64,000 bases of DNA from Bacillales bacterium (GTDB lineage: Bacteria > Bacillota > Bacilli > Bacillales > JAVBJX01). Location of the stretch: the NCBI GenBank assembly GCA_031546705.1, contig JAVBJX010000005.1, positions 20,992-84,991 on the forward strand, in the 5' to 3' direction. How positions within the stretch are numbered: the first letter of the stretch is position 1; each line of letters opens with the position of its first letter. The translations under genes were made by a program, and so were the position numbers. The notes beneath the pieces were generated by a model, which was given only the letters and a program-made list of their open reading frames with translations, searched no databases and was not told where the DNA came from. This document shows, piece by piece, positions 35,420 to 46,239 of this stretch.

Positions 35420-37804
35420 GTGCTAAAAATCAAAAATACAATAAGACGTAAAATACTTGTGTCTGTAATGATTCCATCACTTATTTTTACTTTAATAACT
35501 TCTATCTATATATTTCAAAAGATTTATAGTAACAAGGTAGATCAAGGTGCTATGGAAATAGAGAATATTATAGAGATTAACTCAGCTAAAATAGTAAGTA
35601 AGTTAGAAGCTATTAATCATATTATACTAATCACATCAAAATTAATAGGAGATTTGGATGCTACCTCAGTAGATGCTCGGCAACAAAGTAACAACGCTTT
35701 AAAATCTATGTTAGTAGATGAAAATATTTACAATGCGTGGATGGTTTTTGAGCCAAACGCATTTGATGGAAAGGATTTTAAACACACCAAAGACTATCCT
35801 GGTGCGTCTTCTGGACGTTTCTTAATGTCTTATATCGTGGTTGATGGTAAAATTGTTGTCTCTCAAAACCTCGATGAATCTACCCTTAACAATCCACAAC
35901 TAAGTGATTGGTATATTCATCCTAGAGATACTGGTAAGTCTATAGGTTATATTGAAAGAAAAAAGTTGAACAGTCACAATGATAAATTAAATGAAGCACC
36001 TATCAATACATTATCCTTGGTCAGTCCCATTTTTCGTCATGGAAAAGTAATTGGTTGCATAGGCGTAGATGTTACCTTTATGTTGCCCAATCATGTAGAT
36101 TCTAGGTTTGGTTATAACAATGCTTCTGTAAGCATGTTTTATCCTGATGGACGTGTGTTTTATTCACCAGACATGACATATACAAATGACAATGTTAGTA
36201 CCTTATTTAGTCATACTGATAAAATTAAAGAAGCTATGCATAAAGGTGAGCCTATATTTTTACACAATGAACACAACGGATTTTTAAACACAGATGCATT
36301 TACGTACTTTAAACCTATCAAAATAGACCTATTCAAAAAAAGCCTATATTTGCATGTTGCTATTCCTGAAACGGAGATTTTAGGAGATACCTTTAAAATG
36401 TTTGGTGTACTGGCAATATGTTTTATTGCTTTACTTTTCCTTTTTCTTTTATTACTTGCCTATGTGGTTGGTCAAATCACCAAACCCATCAATTCTATCG
36501 CTTTAGCTACTGATGCTATTTCATTGGGGCTTTTAGAAACCGAGATACCTGTTTCAACAAAAGCAATCCATGAAATTGATTCCCTATCTCGCACACTACG
36601 CAAAATAGTAGAACAGTTCCAAGTTTATCAAATCATGCAGGAAAAATACCAATTAAACCAGTTTTTAGACGCATCATTAATGGAAGTAATAAAGAATTCC
36701 AAAAACATAAATGTAACATTTGCAGGAATATGTTCCACCTTACAACTATTTTATTGGAACAAAGTTAGAATAGTAGTGCTAGTTGATAATCGACCTATCT
36801 TCACAGATAGTTTGAGTGATTTTTATTATCACTATTTGCTTGCACCCTTGGTACAGAATAGGAAGTTAACTTTTTTCAATTCGTTTTCTTTAGCACAACA
36901 CAAACTTACATTCTTTGAAAAAGATGTAGTATCTATCTGTGTCGTAACTCTTGAAAAAAATGAAACATTTATCGGATACATCATATTAGAAAATACCAAT
37001 ATAACACAATCACTTTCTATTACTGATGAAACTGCCTTGCTTCATGTACAACAAGTCTTAGCATATTGGCTTTTAGATATAGATATCTCACAAATTTCTC
37101 TTGGGCTTGAGAAGGTTTATAATGATGAAATTTCATTAGACATATATCAAGGAGTATTATCACCAAAAAGTATAGAACCAGAAATTTTATATGAAGATCC
37201 ATTACTAAACGTAGCACAAAAAATAGAGGGGCTAGATATAGCAGATGCTATCAGTGCTGTTGGTGGGATGCAAGAAATCGTTAGCAAATCGCTAAAACTT
37301 ACAGCCAGATTGTTGCCTGATTTTATACACACTGTTTCTGAATTGCTAGCTTTGGAAGATTTTAAAAATTTCGCAATACAGATTCACGGTATGAAAGGTT
37401 CATTAAAAAATATACGTGCTAATAAATTAAGTAAATTAGCGAATGACCTTGAACGAGCTGCATATGAAAGTAATTTTGATTATTGTAAGCAACAATTTCC
37501 GACCTTTCTTACTGCTGTTTCAGCTTTTAGTGATGAGTTAAATGCAATTATGATTGAAGATGATGTAGTTAAAAAAGCAGGCGATCAGCAATTACTTATA
37601 TCGGTTCTTGAAAATGCACAAAGTGCAGCCGATGATTTTGAAAGTACGGTTGCCCTTGCATACATGAGTTCTATTTCTGCGTATACTTTCGGTAAAACAG
37701 AAGATATATTAATAGAAAAGATTTGTAACGCATTAGAAGAATTTGATTGCGATATGGCAATCACTCACATTTTATCTTTAAAGGAGCTTTTACCATGGAT
37801 ATAA
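35420..37804 (+). CDS. Membrane sensor with a Cache-like extracytoplasmic domain, HAMP-like linker, GAF-like domain and C-terminal HPt domain (no kinase domain)
   Basis: TM1 (ILVSVMIPSLIFTLITSIYIF), ~300-aa periplasmic-type region, TM2 (FGVLAICFIALLFLFLLLLAYVV). HPt helix AIQIHGMKGSLKNIRANKLSKLANDLE near the C-terminus. The start (GTG at 35420) is uncertain. Confidence 0.65.
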   Translation: MLKIKNTIRRKILVSVMIPSLIFTLITSIYIFQKIYSNKVDQGAMEIENIIEINSAKIVSKLEAINHIILITSKLIGDLDATSVDARQQSNNALKSMLVDENIYNAWMVFEPNAFDGKDFKHTKDYPGASSGRFLMSYIVVDGKIVVSQNLDESTLNNPQLSDWYIHPRDTGKSIGYIERKKLNSHNDKLNEAPINTLSLVSPIFRHGKVIGCIGVDVTFMLPNHVDSRFGYNNASVSMFYPDGRVFYSPDMTYTNDNVSTLFSHTDKIKEAMHKGEPIFLHNEHNGFLNTDAFTYFKPIKIDLFKKSLYLHVAIPETEILGDTFKMFGVLAICFIALLFLFLLLLAYVVGQITKPINSIALATDAISLGLLETEIPVSTKAIHEIDSLSRTLRKIVEQFQVYQIMQEKYQLNQFLDASLMEVIKNSKNINVTFAGICSTLQLFYWNKVRIVVLVDNRPIFTDSLSDFYYHYLLAPLVQNRKLTFFNSFSLAQHKLTFFEKDVVSICVVTLEKNETFIGYIILENTNITQSLSITDETALLHVQQVLAYWLLDIDISQISLGLEKVYNDEISLDIYQGVLSPKSIEPEILYEDPLLNVAQKIEGLDIADAISAVGGMQEIVSKSLKLTARLLPDFIHTVSELLALEDFKNFAIQIHGMKGSLKNIRANKLSKLANDLERAAYESNFDYCKQQFPTFLTAVSAFSDELNAIMIEDDVVKKAGDQQLLISVLENAQSAADDFESTVALAYMSSISAYTFGKTEDILIEKICNALEEFDCDMAITHILSLKELLPWI

Positions 37805-38811
37805 AAGACATAGGAATACAACAACTTAACAAGATACCGGGTGTTTTACTTCCTTCCGACCTTTCAGTAATCAAATTTGAGGAAGTATCAAAAAACATGG
37901 AGCAGTTAATCGATCTTATGCCAATATTTTCTTCTAATTTACAAGAAGCTTTTATAGCCAATAATGAATCAAATTTTATGCAAAGTATAAAAGAAGGCAT
38001 TTCTCTGCTCTCAGCTGTATATGCTAGAAAATTAATCATTGATTTAGAAAAAATAATAAGTTACTTCAAAACTGGAGACAGAGAGGTCTGCGAAATATTT
38101 TTAGAGAAATTTATTTCAGAATTATTTACTTTGTCAATTGATATGCAAAAAGTTATGCATACCTCTATAGATTCAAAAGAAGCAATACTAAAAACTTCTA
38201 ATCAACTATTTAAATTTACAGCGATTCTCTCAGATTTGTCAGCAGTGAAATATTTAATAGACAATGTTGAGTTTGGACGAGCATTTGAAATGCTAAATGA
38301 TATACATGCTGTTGCATTCTTAACGCAGACATCTATGGCAAAACTTCATTTAAAAACCTATCGTCAAGAAGAAGCACTAGAATCAATACAAAGTTTAATA
38401 GATGAATTTACGCAAAAAATTGTGGAGACTAAAATAAGCAAATCTGACAGTAAGAAAAAAATATTGGCAGTTGATGATAGACCAGAAATTTTAATGGTAT
38501 TGTCTGAAGTTCTTAAAGATGATTATCACGTACTTTGTGTACCTTCAAGCGAGACTGCTCTTAAGGTCTTGGACAAACACGAGATTAGCTTATTTATATT
38601 AGATATAGGAATGCCAAATATGAATGGGATAGAACTTGCGAAACGTATTAAGTCTACATCAAAGTTTAAAGAAGTTCCGATTGTTTTTCTAACGGGTAAC
38701 GCCACAAGAGATTATTTACATCAAGCAATCCATGCAGGTGCAGCAGATTTCATTGTTAAACCTATCGTACAAGAAAATATTATTTATAGAGTGCAACAAT
38801 TATTAAATTAA
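37795..38811 (+). CDS. Response-regulator receiver protein with an N-terminal helical (HPt-like, His-less) domain and no output domain
   Basis: ATG 8 nt after AAGGAG; overlaps the upstream gene by 10 nt. Complete receiver: AVDDRPE, FILDIGMPNMNG, FLTG, VKP. Confidence 0.75.
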   Translation: MDIKDIGIQQLNKIPGVLLPSDLSVIKFEEVSKNMEQLIDLMPIFSSNLQEAFIANNESNFMQSIKEGISLLSAVYARKLIIDLEKIISYFKTGDREVCEIFLEKFISELFTLSIDMQKVMHTSIDSKEAILKTSNQLFKFTAILSDLSAVKYLIDNVEFGRAFEMLNDIHAVAFLTQTSMAKLHLKTYRQEEALESIQSLIDEFTQKIVETKISKSDSKKKILAVDDRPEILMVLSEVLKDDYHVLCVPSSETALKVLDKHEISLFILDIGMPNMNGIELAKRIKSTSKFKEVPIVFLTGNATRDYLHQAIHAGAADFIVKPIVQENIIYRVQQLLN

Positions 38812-38825
38812 TGTGGCGGTGACCT

Positions 38826-39818
38826 ATGAAACATTTGTTTGTAATAAATCCCTTGGCTGGAAATGTAAAAGGTCAGCAAAAAGAGATTATTAACATGATA
38901 GATAGTTTTTTTGAGAACTATAAAAACATAGAGTACCACATACACGTTACACGATGGAGTCGTGACACTGTAGGGTTTGTACGTAGATTTTTACTCAATG
39001 AAAAAGAAATAGTGAGGATATACGCCGTTGGTGGGAGTGGAACACTTTTTGAAACCATAAACGGTTCAATTGGTATGCCAAATGTTCAAATTGCCTGCTA
39101 TCCGCTTGGCTATACCAATTCATTTATTAGGTATTTTGGTGATGACAAGAAGCATTTGTTTTTATCTCTTAGAAATCTAGTTTTTTCTGAAACCATACCA
39201 ATAGATGTGATTCGTTGTGGTAGACACTATGCAGTTTCTTTTTCTGCCATCGGCTTAGAGTCTGGAAGTACCCGTGATATACATATGATCAATAAAAACA
39301 AGCAAAACGCTAAGGGCTATTTATTTAGGGAACTGTTATCCTTAAAAAAATTTGTTTCTAACCATCAACAGTACACAATCACGCCTATTGGTGGGGGCGA
39401 TTCATCAGAATTAAATGAAGTTTTTGTTTCTGGTTACATGCTCATGCCTAGTAATAAGAAAGCTACTGATCTTACAGCACTTGTCGTAGCTAATGCTCCC
39501 TACTATAGTAAATCGTTTGCTACAATGCATGCACATCCAAACGATGCTATGATAGATATCTATATGACAAAAAAAAGGCATGCTTGGAAAATAGTATCAA
39601 CTAACTTAACTGGCAGTCACCAGAAATTATCTGATCATCTATCCCATTTTAGTGGAACAAGTTTAAAAGTTGTATCTGATACGGTTATGTGTATTTCTAT
39701 AGATGGTGAACTGTTTTTCGAAACTTCGATAGACTATCAAATTATACCTTACGCTATTGATTTTGTGTGTCCAAGAGGCATTGATATTGCCAGTATATAT
39801 GAATCAATAAATGATTAG
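38826..39818 (+). CDS. Divergent diacylglycerol/lipid kinase catalytic-domain protein (YegS/BmrU/DgkB family)
   Basis: [12 protein letters not shown] start. GGSGT in place of [13 protein letters not shown] in place of PxGTGNDF, and a C-terminal ISIDGE motif. Confidence 0.6.
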   Translation: MKHLFVINPLAGNVKGQQKEIINMIDSFFENYKNIEYHIHVTRWSRDTVGFVRRFLLNEKEIVRIYAVGGSGTLFETINGSIGMPNVQIACYPLGYTNSFIRYFGDDKKHLFLSLRNLVFSETIPIDVIRCGRHYAVSFSAIGLESGSTRDIHMINKNKQNAKGYLFRELLSLKKFVSNHQQYTITPIGGGDSSELNEVFVSGYMLMPSNKKATDLTALVVANAPYYSKSFATMHAHPNDAMIDIYMTKKRHAWKIVSTNLTGSHQKLSDHLSHFSGTSLKVVSDTVMCISIDGELFFETSIDYQIIPYAIDFVCPRGIDIASIYESIND

Positions 39819-39828
39819 GAGGGCTTGT

Positions 39829-42246
39829 ATGATTTCTATATTTCCAAAAGGAGAAAATAGCAAAGAACGAAACTATAATGCAGAAATCTCTGCTGTATTT
39901 ATAGTTTGGTTTTTTGTAATCGCAAGTGTCATATACGGCTATTTCTTTGTAGATGGTATATATTGGATTATGCGGCTAGTATTCGGTATGATTGCGGGTA
40001 TCACCGTCACTATTATGAATAGACTCAAAGTTAATGTGGGCATTGTTTCTTGGTTTGTACCTTTCATGTTGATACTGTGTGAAACCTCTGTTGCCTTATC
40101 TATTGGTGGGGATAGGTTATATTTTTTAGTTGCGTTGTGCAGTACCTATGTTTCATTGCTCTATAACAGAGGAAACGGACTACTGCTGTTTCTGGGTTTG
40201 ACAAACACTTTGATTGTTATATGCATGTTTGTTTTTGGAAAAAATTTGCTTGATCAAAATGCTACGTTTATTGATCAAGTTATGGAATTTATGACTTTTA
40301 ATCTAGGAAATATCATTTCATATTTCATCTGTTTATTTTGGGAAGCACATTCTCGAAAAGCAGAACGAAAGAGTAACACATTTGAAATTATCATGAATAC
40401 TACGCCTAACTTTATGGTGGTCATTGATGAAAATGCCAAAGTAGATTATGTAAGCCAATCTCTAACAAGTTGGCTTAATATCCCCTCAAGGGAGTACGCC
40501 AAAAAAATACCTCTTATGGATTTGTTTTCATCTGGGGAATTGATCGTTTTATTTCAAGAACTAATGGAATCTAATCAAATGGTAGCCAAAAACTTCGAGA
40601 TAACAATAGATGACGAAAAGCAATGGTTTGCGATGCAATCATCACCTATGCAAAAAGATAAAGTCAGTCGTTTTTTTGAGTGGCATGACATAACTCCAAT
40701 CATGACTGCAAAAAACGAAGCTGAGGTAGCAACTCGTGCTAAAAGCGATTTTTTAGCAAACATGAGTCATGAAATAAGAACGCCAATGAACGCCATCACT
40801 GGAATGACAGAGCTTATGATGTTAACAGATTTAAACAGAGAACAACTAGATTATGCGTTGGCTATAAAACATTCAGCGGACTCCTTACTTAAGATTATCA
40901 ATGATATTTTAGATTTTTCGAAAATTGATGCACATAAGATGGAGATTATCAATGTACCCTTTGATTTTTCATCATTGATTAATGATACCATTAACATTGT
41001 TGGACTAAAGGCACATTCTTCTAATAATACATTTACTGTTTTTATTTCAAAAGATATGCCCCCAATGATTAATTGCGATGAACTTAGGCTTAAGCAAGTG
41101 TTGTTGAATATTTTAAATAATGCAATAAAATTTACCTCAAAAGGACATATTTCTTTTGAGTGTTTGCCAGAATTTTTGGATAGTGGGAAACTGAAAGTAA
41201 ATTTTATCATTAAAGATACCGGTATAGGAATCAAGCCTGAGGATATAGACAAACTTTTTAGTGAGTTTTCGCAGTTAGATACAAGAAAAAATCGTAACAT
41301 TGTGGGAACGGGTTTAGGGTTAGCTATTAGTCGATCGTTGGTTCGATTAATGGGTGGTGAATTTGGTGTGAGTAGTGAATATGGTAAAGGCTCAACATTT
41401 TCTTTTTATATTATTTGCGATACTTATAACACAGAAAACACCATACACATATCTACTCCAGAGATATATAATATACTTTGTTATGAGTCAAATGTATATC
41501 ATTACCAAGTTCTCAACAAGATGTTGATTGACTTAGGAGTGAATTTTCAAATAACAAATGAATATGCTGAATTTGATTCGAAACTAAACAGTGATACATA
41601 CACCCATGTTTTATTTGAAAAAAATGCACTGAAAATTGTACTTGATTATAGCAAAACTTTGCCAGCGGATAAGTTACCAAAGTTTGTTATGACAAAAAAT
41701 ATGCAAGATCGAATGGAACACTTAGATTTAAACACGGGGATTTTAAATAAACCATTGGTTACATCTAGCTTAATCAACTTTATACTTGGACATCAACTTG
41801 ATAACATATACTACAAAGAAAAAGAAATGCTCTTAGGGGGATTTGAAACCAATAATGTCCATGTCTTATTGGTAGATGATAACTCTGTAAATCTTCTGGT
41901 GGGTCAAGGACTTTTGAACAAGTACAAAATTAAAGTAGTTACTGCATCAGGAGGGCAAGAAGCTATTGATAAAGTACAAACTCACGATTTTGATATAGTA
42001 TTTATGGATCACATGATGCCTGGTATAGACGGAATAGATGCTACAAAAATAATTCGAGCTATGGGTGGACGTTATGAAAGTGTGCCAATTATCGCATTGT
42101 CAGCAAACGCTATTATTGGCGTGAGAGAATTGTACTTAGAAGCTGGCATGAACGACTTTGTTTCTAAGCCAATTGATATACGTAACTTACACGAAGTGCT
42201 ACTGAAATATATTCCATCAGAAAAAATCGTTAGACTAGAAAAATAA
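39829..42246 (+). CDS. Hybrid sensor histidine kinase (multi-TM, PAS, HisKA, HATPase_c, REC)
   Basis: ATG 5 nt after AGGAGGG. H-box [17 protein letters not shown]-box LNNAIKFT, G-boxes DTGIGI and [10 protein letters not shown]-terminal receiver [24 protein letters not shown]. Confidence 0.85.
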   Translation: MISIFPKGENSKERNYNAEISAVFIVWFFVIASVIYGYFFVDGIYWIMRLVFGMIAGITVTIMNRLKVNVGIVSWFVPFMLILCETSVALSIGGDRLYFLVALCSTYVSLLYNRGNGLLLFLGLTNTLIVICMFVFGKNLLDQNATFIDQVMEFMTFNLGNIISYFICLFWEAHSRKAERKSNTFEIIMNTTPNFMVVIDENAKVDYVSQSLTSWLNIPSREYAKKIPLMDLFSSGELIVLFQELMESNQMVAKNFEITIDDEKQWFAMQSSPMQKDKVSRFFEWHDITPIMTAKNEAEVATRAKSDFLANMSHEIRTPMNAITGMTELMMLTDLNREQLDYALAIKHSADSLLKIINDILDFSKIDAHKMEIINVPFDFSSLINDTINIVGLKAHSSNNTFTVFISKDMPPMINCDELRLKQVLLNILNNAIKFTSKGHISFECLPEFLDSGKLKVNFIIKDTGIGIKPEDIDKLFSEFSQLDTRKNRNIVGTGLGLAISRSLVRLMGGEFGVSSEYGKGSTFSFYIICDTYNTENTIHISTPEIYNILCYESNVYHYQVLNKMLIDLGVNFQITNEYAEFDSKLNSDTYTHVLFEKNALKIVLDYSKTLPADKLPKFVMTKNMQDRMEHLDLNTGILNKPLVTSSLINFILGHQLDNIYYKEKEMLLGGFETNNVHVLLVDDNSVNLLVGQGLLNKYKIKVVTASGGQEAIDKVQTHDFDIVFMDHMMPGIDGIDATKIIRAMGGRYESVPIIALSANAIIGVRELYLEAGMNDFVSKPIDIRNLHEVLLKYIPSEKIVRLEK

Positions 42247-42328
42247 CTATTCAGACCTACCAGAATAGTTATTTTGATAGGTCTGAACAGTTATTTTTAT
42301 GAATTTTAAAGATTAAAAAAACATGTAT

Positions 42329-42868
42329 TTATTTTCCAACATCCTCTTTCGCACTTCTTCCCTCAAAAAACAATACAGCTTCATCCGCTTCACAGGCTTT
42401 TGCTGTTAGTTGTGTAGGTGTAATTTTGAAAATAGTTGTTTTACTGCCAAAACCTGAACGATACTTCTCGATAAATGTTTTTGATAATGGTGTATCAAAA
42501 TAATTTGGGACATATTTATCAATCATTGCTTGCATTGCTTTTGTTCCTTCACCTAAATCGACTTGTTCTACTGTTCCAGAAATTATTACACTCATGTACA
42601 CTGTACCAATATTGGCAGGAACAGGGTGAGCAATTGTTCCGTAGTCTTCTCCTACAGTAAAGCAAACATGATTATTTTTTGCCATCATGTCATTTTTTCT
42701 TCCTGTATCTGCTCCGTGAAAATAAATAAAGCCATTTCGCCAAACAAAATTGACTGGAATCACGTACGGTATATTTTCATTTGCCATTCCAAGAAATCCC
42801 ACTTTTGCTTGTGCTAGAAATTCATCCATTTTTTGTTGATCTGTACATTCATTTTTAGCATATCTCAT
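42329..42868 (-). CDS. Pyridoxamine 5'-phosphate oxidase-family FMN-binding protein (Nim-like)
   Basis: ..VGFLGMA.EN.PYV.PVNFV...G.IYFHGA..G.K motif pattern. 179 aa. Confidence 0.7.
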   Translation of the reverse strand: MRYAKNECTDQQKMDEFLAQAKVGFLGMANENIPYVIPVNFVWRNGFIYFHGADTGRKNDMMAKNNHVCFTVGEDYGTIAHPVPANIGTVYMSVIISGTVEQVDLGEGTKAMQAMIDKYVPNYFDTPLSKTFIEKYRSGFGSKTTIFKITPTQLTAKACEADEAVLFFEGRSAKEDVGK

Positions 42869-42995
42869 TTTTTTCCCCCAATATATATTTGTTTAATGAT
42901 TGTGCTAAAATTATAACATATTTTAAAAGTTTGAGATATTGGGAGGAGTCTTATAATTTTTATTGTAAGATTTTAAAATTCTCACTGCATTATCA

Positions 42996-43024
42996 TTGAC
43001 AGTATACATGCTACACTTTATTAT
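42996..43024 (+). promoter_or_regulatory. Sigma-A-type promoter of the amino-acid ABC operon
   Basis: TTGACA-17 nt-TATTAT. Confidence 0.55.
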
Positions 43025-43073
43025 GATAAAGGTAATGAAATTAGTTACAACAAAATGAATAGGGGGTTTTTGT

Positions 43074-43874
43074 GTGAGGAAGTTATTTATGGTTCTTTTG
43101 TTACTACTAGTGTCGGTGGTTGCTATCGGTTGTAGTAAGGAAGCAGAGCCTAAAAAAAATAGCAGTGCAACAGGCTTATTAGTGGATGTGAAAGCCAAAG
43201 GAGAATTAGTAGTTGGAACAGAGGGTACCTATGCACCATTTACTTTTCATGATTCTACTGGGAAATTAGCTGGTTTTGATGTGGAAATTGCGGAAGAAGT
43301 GGCGAAACGTCTTGGAGTAAAAGCAACATTTGTAGAAGCACCATGGGATGCATTATTTGCAGGATTAGATTCCAAACGTACAGATGTAATTTTTAATGAA
43401 GTTGGCATTAAACCAGAAAGACAAGAGAAATACGATTTTTCTGATGGATATATTGTGTCACGTGCGGTAGTTGTAACAAAAAAAGGAAATACAGAAGTCA
43501 AGACTTTTGAAGATTTGAAAGGGAAAAAATCAGCACAATCTTTAACATCAAACTATGGAAAAATGGCTAAAAGTTATGGAGCAGAAATTGTTGCTGTAGA
43601 TAGTTTTAATATTGGAATGGATTTACTTATATCAGGGCGTGTAGATACGTTATTAAATGACAAATTATCCATTCTTGATTACTTAAAACAAAAACCAGAT
43701 GCACCAATTCAAATTGTTGCAACAGCAAAAGACGGACAGCCAAGTGCGGCTATGTTCCGTAAAGATGGCGGAGAGATTGTTACGGAAGTGAATAAAGCAT
43801 TAAAGGCAATGAAAGATGATGGTACATACTTAAAAATTTCAGAGAAATGGTTTGGCGAAGATGTATCTAAGTAG
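43074..43874 (+). CDS. Polar amino-acid (cystine/glutamine-type) ABC transporter substrate-binding lipoprotein
   Basis: Lipobox AIGC. Family-3 SBP motifs [16 protein letters not shown] and W..L...L.S.R.D. Confidence 0.85.
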   Translation: MRKLFMVLLLLLVSVVAIGCSKEAEPKKNSSATGLLVDVKAKGELVVGTEGTYAPFTFHDSTGKLAGFDVEIAEEVAKRLGVKATFVEAPWDALFAGLDSKRTDVIFNEVGIKPERQEKYDFSDGYIVSRAVVVTKKGNTEVKTFEDLKGKKSAQSLTSNYGKMAKSYGAEIVAVDSFNIGMDLLISGRVDTLLNDKLSILDYLKQKPDAPIQIVATAKDGQPSAAMFRKDGGEIVTEVNKALKAMKDDGTYLKISEKWFGEDVSK

Positions 43875-44607
43875 TATTATTCCAAACCAAGAGCTCTTGA
43901 TAAATTCCCTCCTTCCTTTAGTGAAGGGGGCTTTGTTGTATACAATTCCACTTGCAGTGATTACGTTTATTTTGGGTTTGATTCTTGCGTTATTAACAGC
44001 AGTTGCTAGAATTGCGGAAATTAGACCATTAGAATGGATAAATAGGATATTACCAGTACCAGCATTTTTGCAACCTTTGTTTCGCATTAAGCTACTTGAA
44101 TGGATCGCAAGAGTGTATGTTTCGATTATTCGTGGGACACCATTACTTGTACAATTGTTTATTATCTTTTATGGATTGCCAAGTGTCGGAATTACTTTGG
44201 ACACTTTTCCAGCAGCTATTATTGGTTTTTCACTTAATGTTGGGGCGTACTCTTCTGAAATTATTCGTGCTGCCATTCTAGCCGTTCCAAAAGGTCAGTG
44301 GGAAGCTGGTTATTCGATTGGGATGTCTTATACAACGATACTTAGAAGAATTATTTTCCCACAAGCGATGCGTATTTCTGTTCCACCACTTTCTAATTCT
44401 TTTATTGGACTCATAAAAGATACGTCACTTGCCTCGGTCATTCTGGTAACAGAAATGTTTCGAAAAGCACAAGAAATTGCGGCAAGTTCTTATACGGTTT
44501 TACCAATCTACATAGAAGCGGCACTCATTTATTGGGTTATTTGTTTTGTTTTATCTATTATACAAGGACGCATGGAAGAACGGCTAAACCGTTATCATGC
44601 TCGCTAG
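43852..44607 (+). CDS. Polar amino-acid ABC permease (HisM/YecS/TcyB-like) with a 22-codon insertion
   Basis: [15 protein letters not shown] and the EAA loop (GQWEAG.S.GMS....R.I.PQA). Start at 43852 or 43861. Confidence 0.85.
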   Translation: MAKMYLSSIIPNQELLINSLLPLVKGALLYTIPLAVITFILGLILALLTAVARIAEIRPLEWINRILPVPAFLQPLFRIKLLEWIARVYVSIIRGTPLLVQLFIIFYGLPSVGITLDTFPAAIIGFSLNVGAYSSEIIRAAILAVPKGQWEAGYSIGMSYTTILRRIIFPQAMRISVPPLSNSFIGLIKDTSLASVILVTEMFRKAQEIAASSYTVLPIYIEAALIYWVICFVLSIIQGRMEERLNRYHAR

Positions 44608-44617
44608 GGGGAATAAG

Positions 44618-45358
44618 ATGATAGAAATGCAAAACATCAAAAAAAGTTTTGGAAAACTAGAAGTGTTAAAAGGAATTAATTTGTCCGTAGCTAAAGGGAA
44701 AGTAATCGTTATTATTGGCCCATCTGGTTCAGGAAAAACAACTTTGCTTCGTTGTTTGAATGTATTAGATACACCAACAAGTGGAATGGTGACAATCGGT
44801 TCAATGACACTTGATTTTTCAAAAAAAATCCCAGCAAAAGAACTTGGTATATTTCGGAGACAAACAGGGATGGTTTTCCAAAGTTATAATCTTTTTCCGC
44901 ATATGACGGTGTTAGAAAACGTTACAGAAGGTCCAATCATTGTCAAAAAAGAAGCAAAAGATAAGGCTCATCAAAAAGGATCTTCAATGCTTGTAAAAGT
45001 TGGACTTGCTGATAAATTAAATGATTATCCATTTCAATTATCAGGTGGTCAACAACAACGGGTTGGAATTGCAAGAGCGTTAGCAATGGAACCAAATGTG
45101 ATGCTATTTGATGAACCAACCTCCGCCCTTGATCCAGAACTTGTGGGAGACGTATTAAAAGTAATGAAAGATTTAGCAAATGAAGGAATGACAATGGTTG
45201 TTGTGACACACGAAATGCGATTTGCTCGTGATGTAGCGGATGAAGTGATTTTTATGGATAATGGTGTGGTGGTGGAAAAAGGAACACCTGAACAAATATT
45301 CACGAATCCACAACATGAACGGACGAAGCAATTTTTACAGAAAATACAAGAGAAATGA
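44618..45358 (+). CDS. Polar amino-acid ABC transporter ATPase
   Basis: ATG after GGGGGAATAAG. Walker [32 protein letters not shown]. Confidence 0.9.
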   Translation: MIEMQNIKKSFGKLEVLKGINLSVAKGKVIVIIGPSGSGKTTLLRCLNVLDTPTSGMVTIGSMTLDFSKKIPAKELGIFRRQTGMVFQSYNLFPHMTVLENVTEGPIIVKKEAKDKAHQKGSSMLVKVGLADKLNDYPFQLSGGQQQRVGIARALAMEPNVMLFDEPTSALDPELVGDVLKVMKDLANEGMTMVVVTHEMRFARDVADEVIFMDNGVVVEKGTPEQIFTNPQHERTKQFLQKIQEK

Positions 45359-45362
45359 AAAA

Positions 45363-45407
45363 AATCCCGAATCGGTGTAACACGCATACCGATTCGGGAT
45401 TTTTTTG
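45363..45407. terminator. Bidirectional terminator between the ABC operon and the SASP gene
   Basis: ATCCCGAATCGGT..ACCGATTCGGGAT flanked by an A-run and a T-run. Confidence 0.8.
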
Positions 45408-45464
45408 AAGCAATTGTATGTGATTTGAATATAGTCAAACCTATTTTCTTTTGTTGCCTATTCC

Positions 45465-45665
45465 TTACTGTGTATAACCGCCAAGTTGGCGTTCAGCGAG
45501 TTCTACTAAACGTTTTGTAATCTCTCCGCCAACAGAGCCATTTGCTCTAGCAGTTGTTTCAGGACCTAATGTTACGCCGAACTCAGAAGCAATTTCATAT
45601 TTCATTTGCTCAATTGCCTGTTCTGCTCCATACGTAGAACCAGATGTTGATTGTGTTTTTCTCAA
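45465..45665 (-). CDS. Alpha/beta-type small acid-soluble spore protein
   Basis: [43 protein letters not shown] is the canonical alpha/beta SASP sequence. TTG start 10 nt after AGGAG. Its position near yheA resembles sspB in B. subtilis. Confidence 0.9.
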   Translation of the reverse strand: MRKTQSTSGSTYGAEQAIEQMKYEIASEFGVTLGPETTARANGSVGGEITKRLVELAERQLGGYTQ

Positions 45666-45891
45666 AATGAATCATCTCCTAAATGCAAATTTGGTGGGTT
45701 TGATGGATTTGCACCATATATGTATGAACATCGCCTGCTTTGGCAAAACCCATTAGTAGATTGTTATTAAGTAGTTTGAGAATTTCTTTCTGAAATATAC
45801 ATAGATATATGTAGTAAATTTTTCCATTAAAAAGTTCTATCCGTGTATATTTTTTGTATAATAAACTGGATGATAACAAGGGGGCGGAATA

Positions 45892-46239
45892 ATGAGTGGA
45901 AATTTGTATGATATTGCCTATGATTTAGAGAAAGAAATTCGCCAAAGTGCAGAGTATCAACAGCTACAACAAGCCTATGCAGAAATAACACAGGAAGAAA
46001 CGAGCCGTAACTTATTTACAAAGTTTCGTGATTTTCAACTGAAGTTTCATGAACGGCAAATGGCAGGGGAACAAATCAATCAAGAAGAAATGATGATGGC
46101 AGGGCAACTTCTTTTGCAAGCACAACAATATCCAAAAATTGTTAAAATTATGGAATTGGAACAGCGGCTTAGTTTTCTAATTGCGGAAGTAAATAAAATT
46201 GCAATGAAACCGCTAGAGGAATTGTATTCTTCTTTGTAA
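45892..46239 (+). CDS. yheA: YlbF/YmcA-like UPF0342 protein (YheA-like)
   Basis: 115 aa. Y..A..L...I..S.EY..L..A.......E....F..F......Q pattern of the YheA/YmcA/YlbF family. Good SD. Confidence 0.7.
   Translation: MSGNLYDIAYDLEKEIRQSAEYQQLQQAYAEITQEETSRNLFTKFRDFQLKFHERQMAGEQINQEEMMMAGQLLLQAQQYPKIVKIMELEQRLSFLIAEVNKIAMKPLEELYSSL

Noticed and set aside
42923-43198. Minus-strand 91-aa ORF overlapping the amino-acid ABC promoter and the start of the SBP gene.
   Set aside because: It overlaps a well-supported lipoprotein gene and a consensus promoter, and it has no SD.
45679-45879. Minus-strand 66-aa ORF between the SASP gene and yheA.
   Set aside because: It lies in the divergent promoter region with no SD. 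I also looked for a sigma-G promoter for the SASP gene here (TCATA-17-CATCAAA candidate) but the match is too weak to report.
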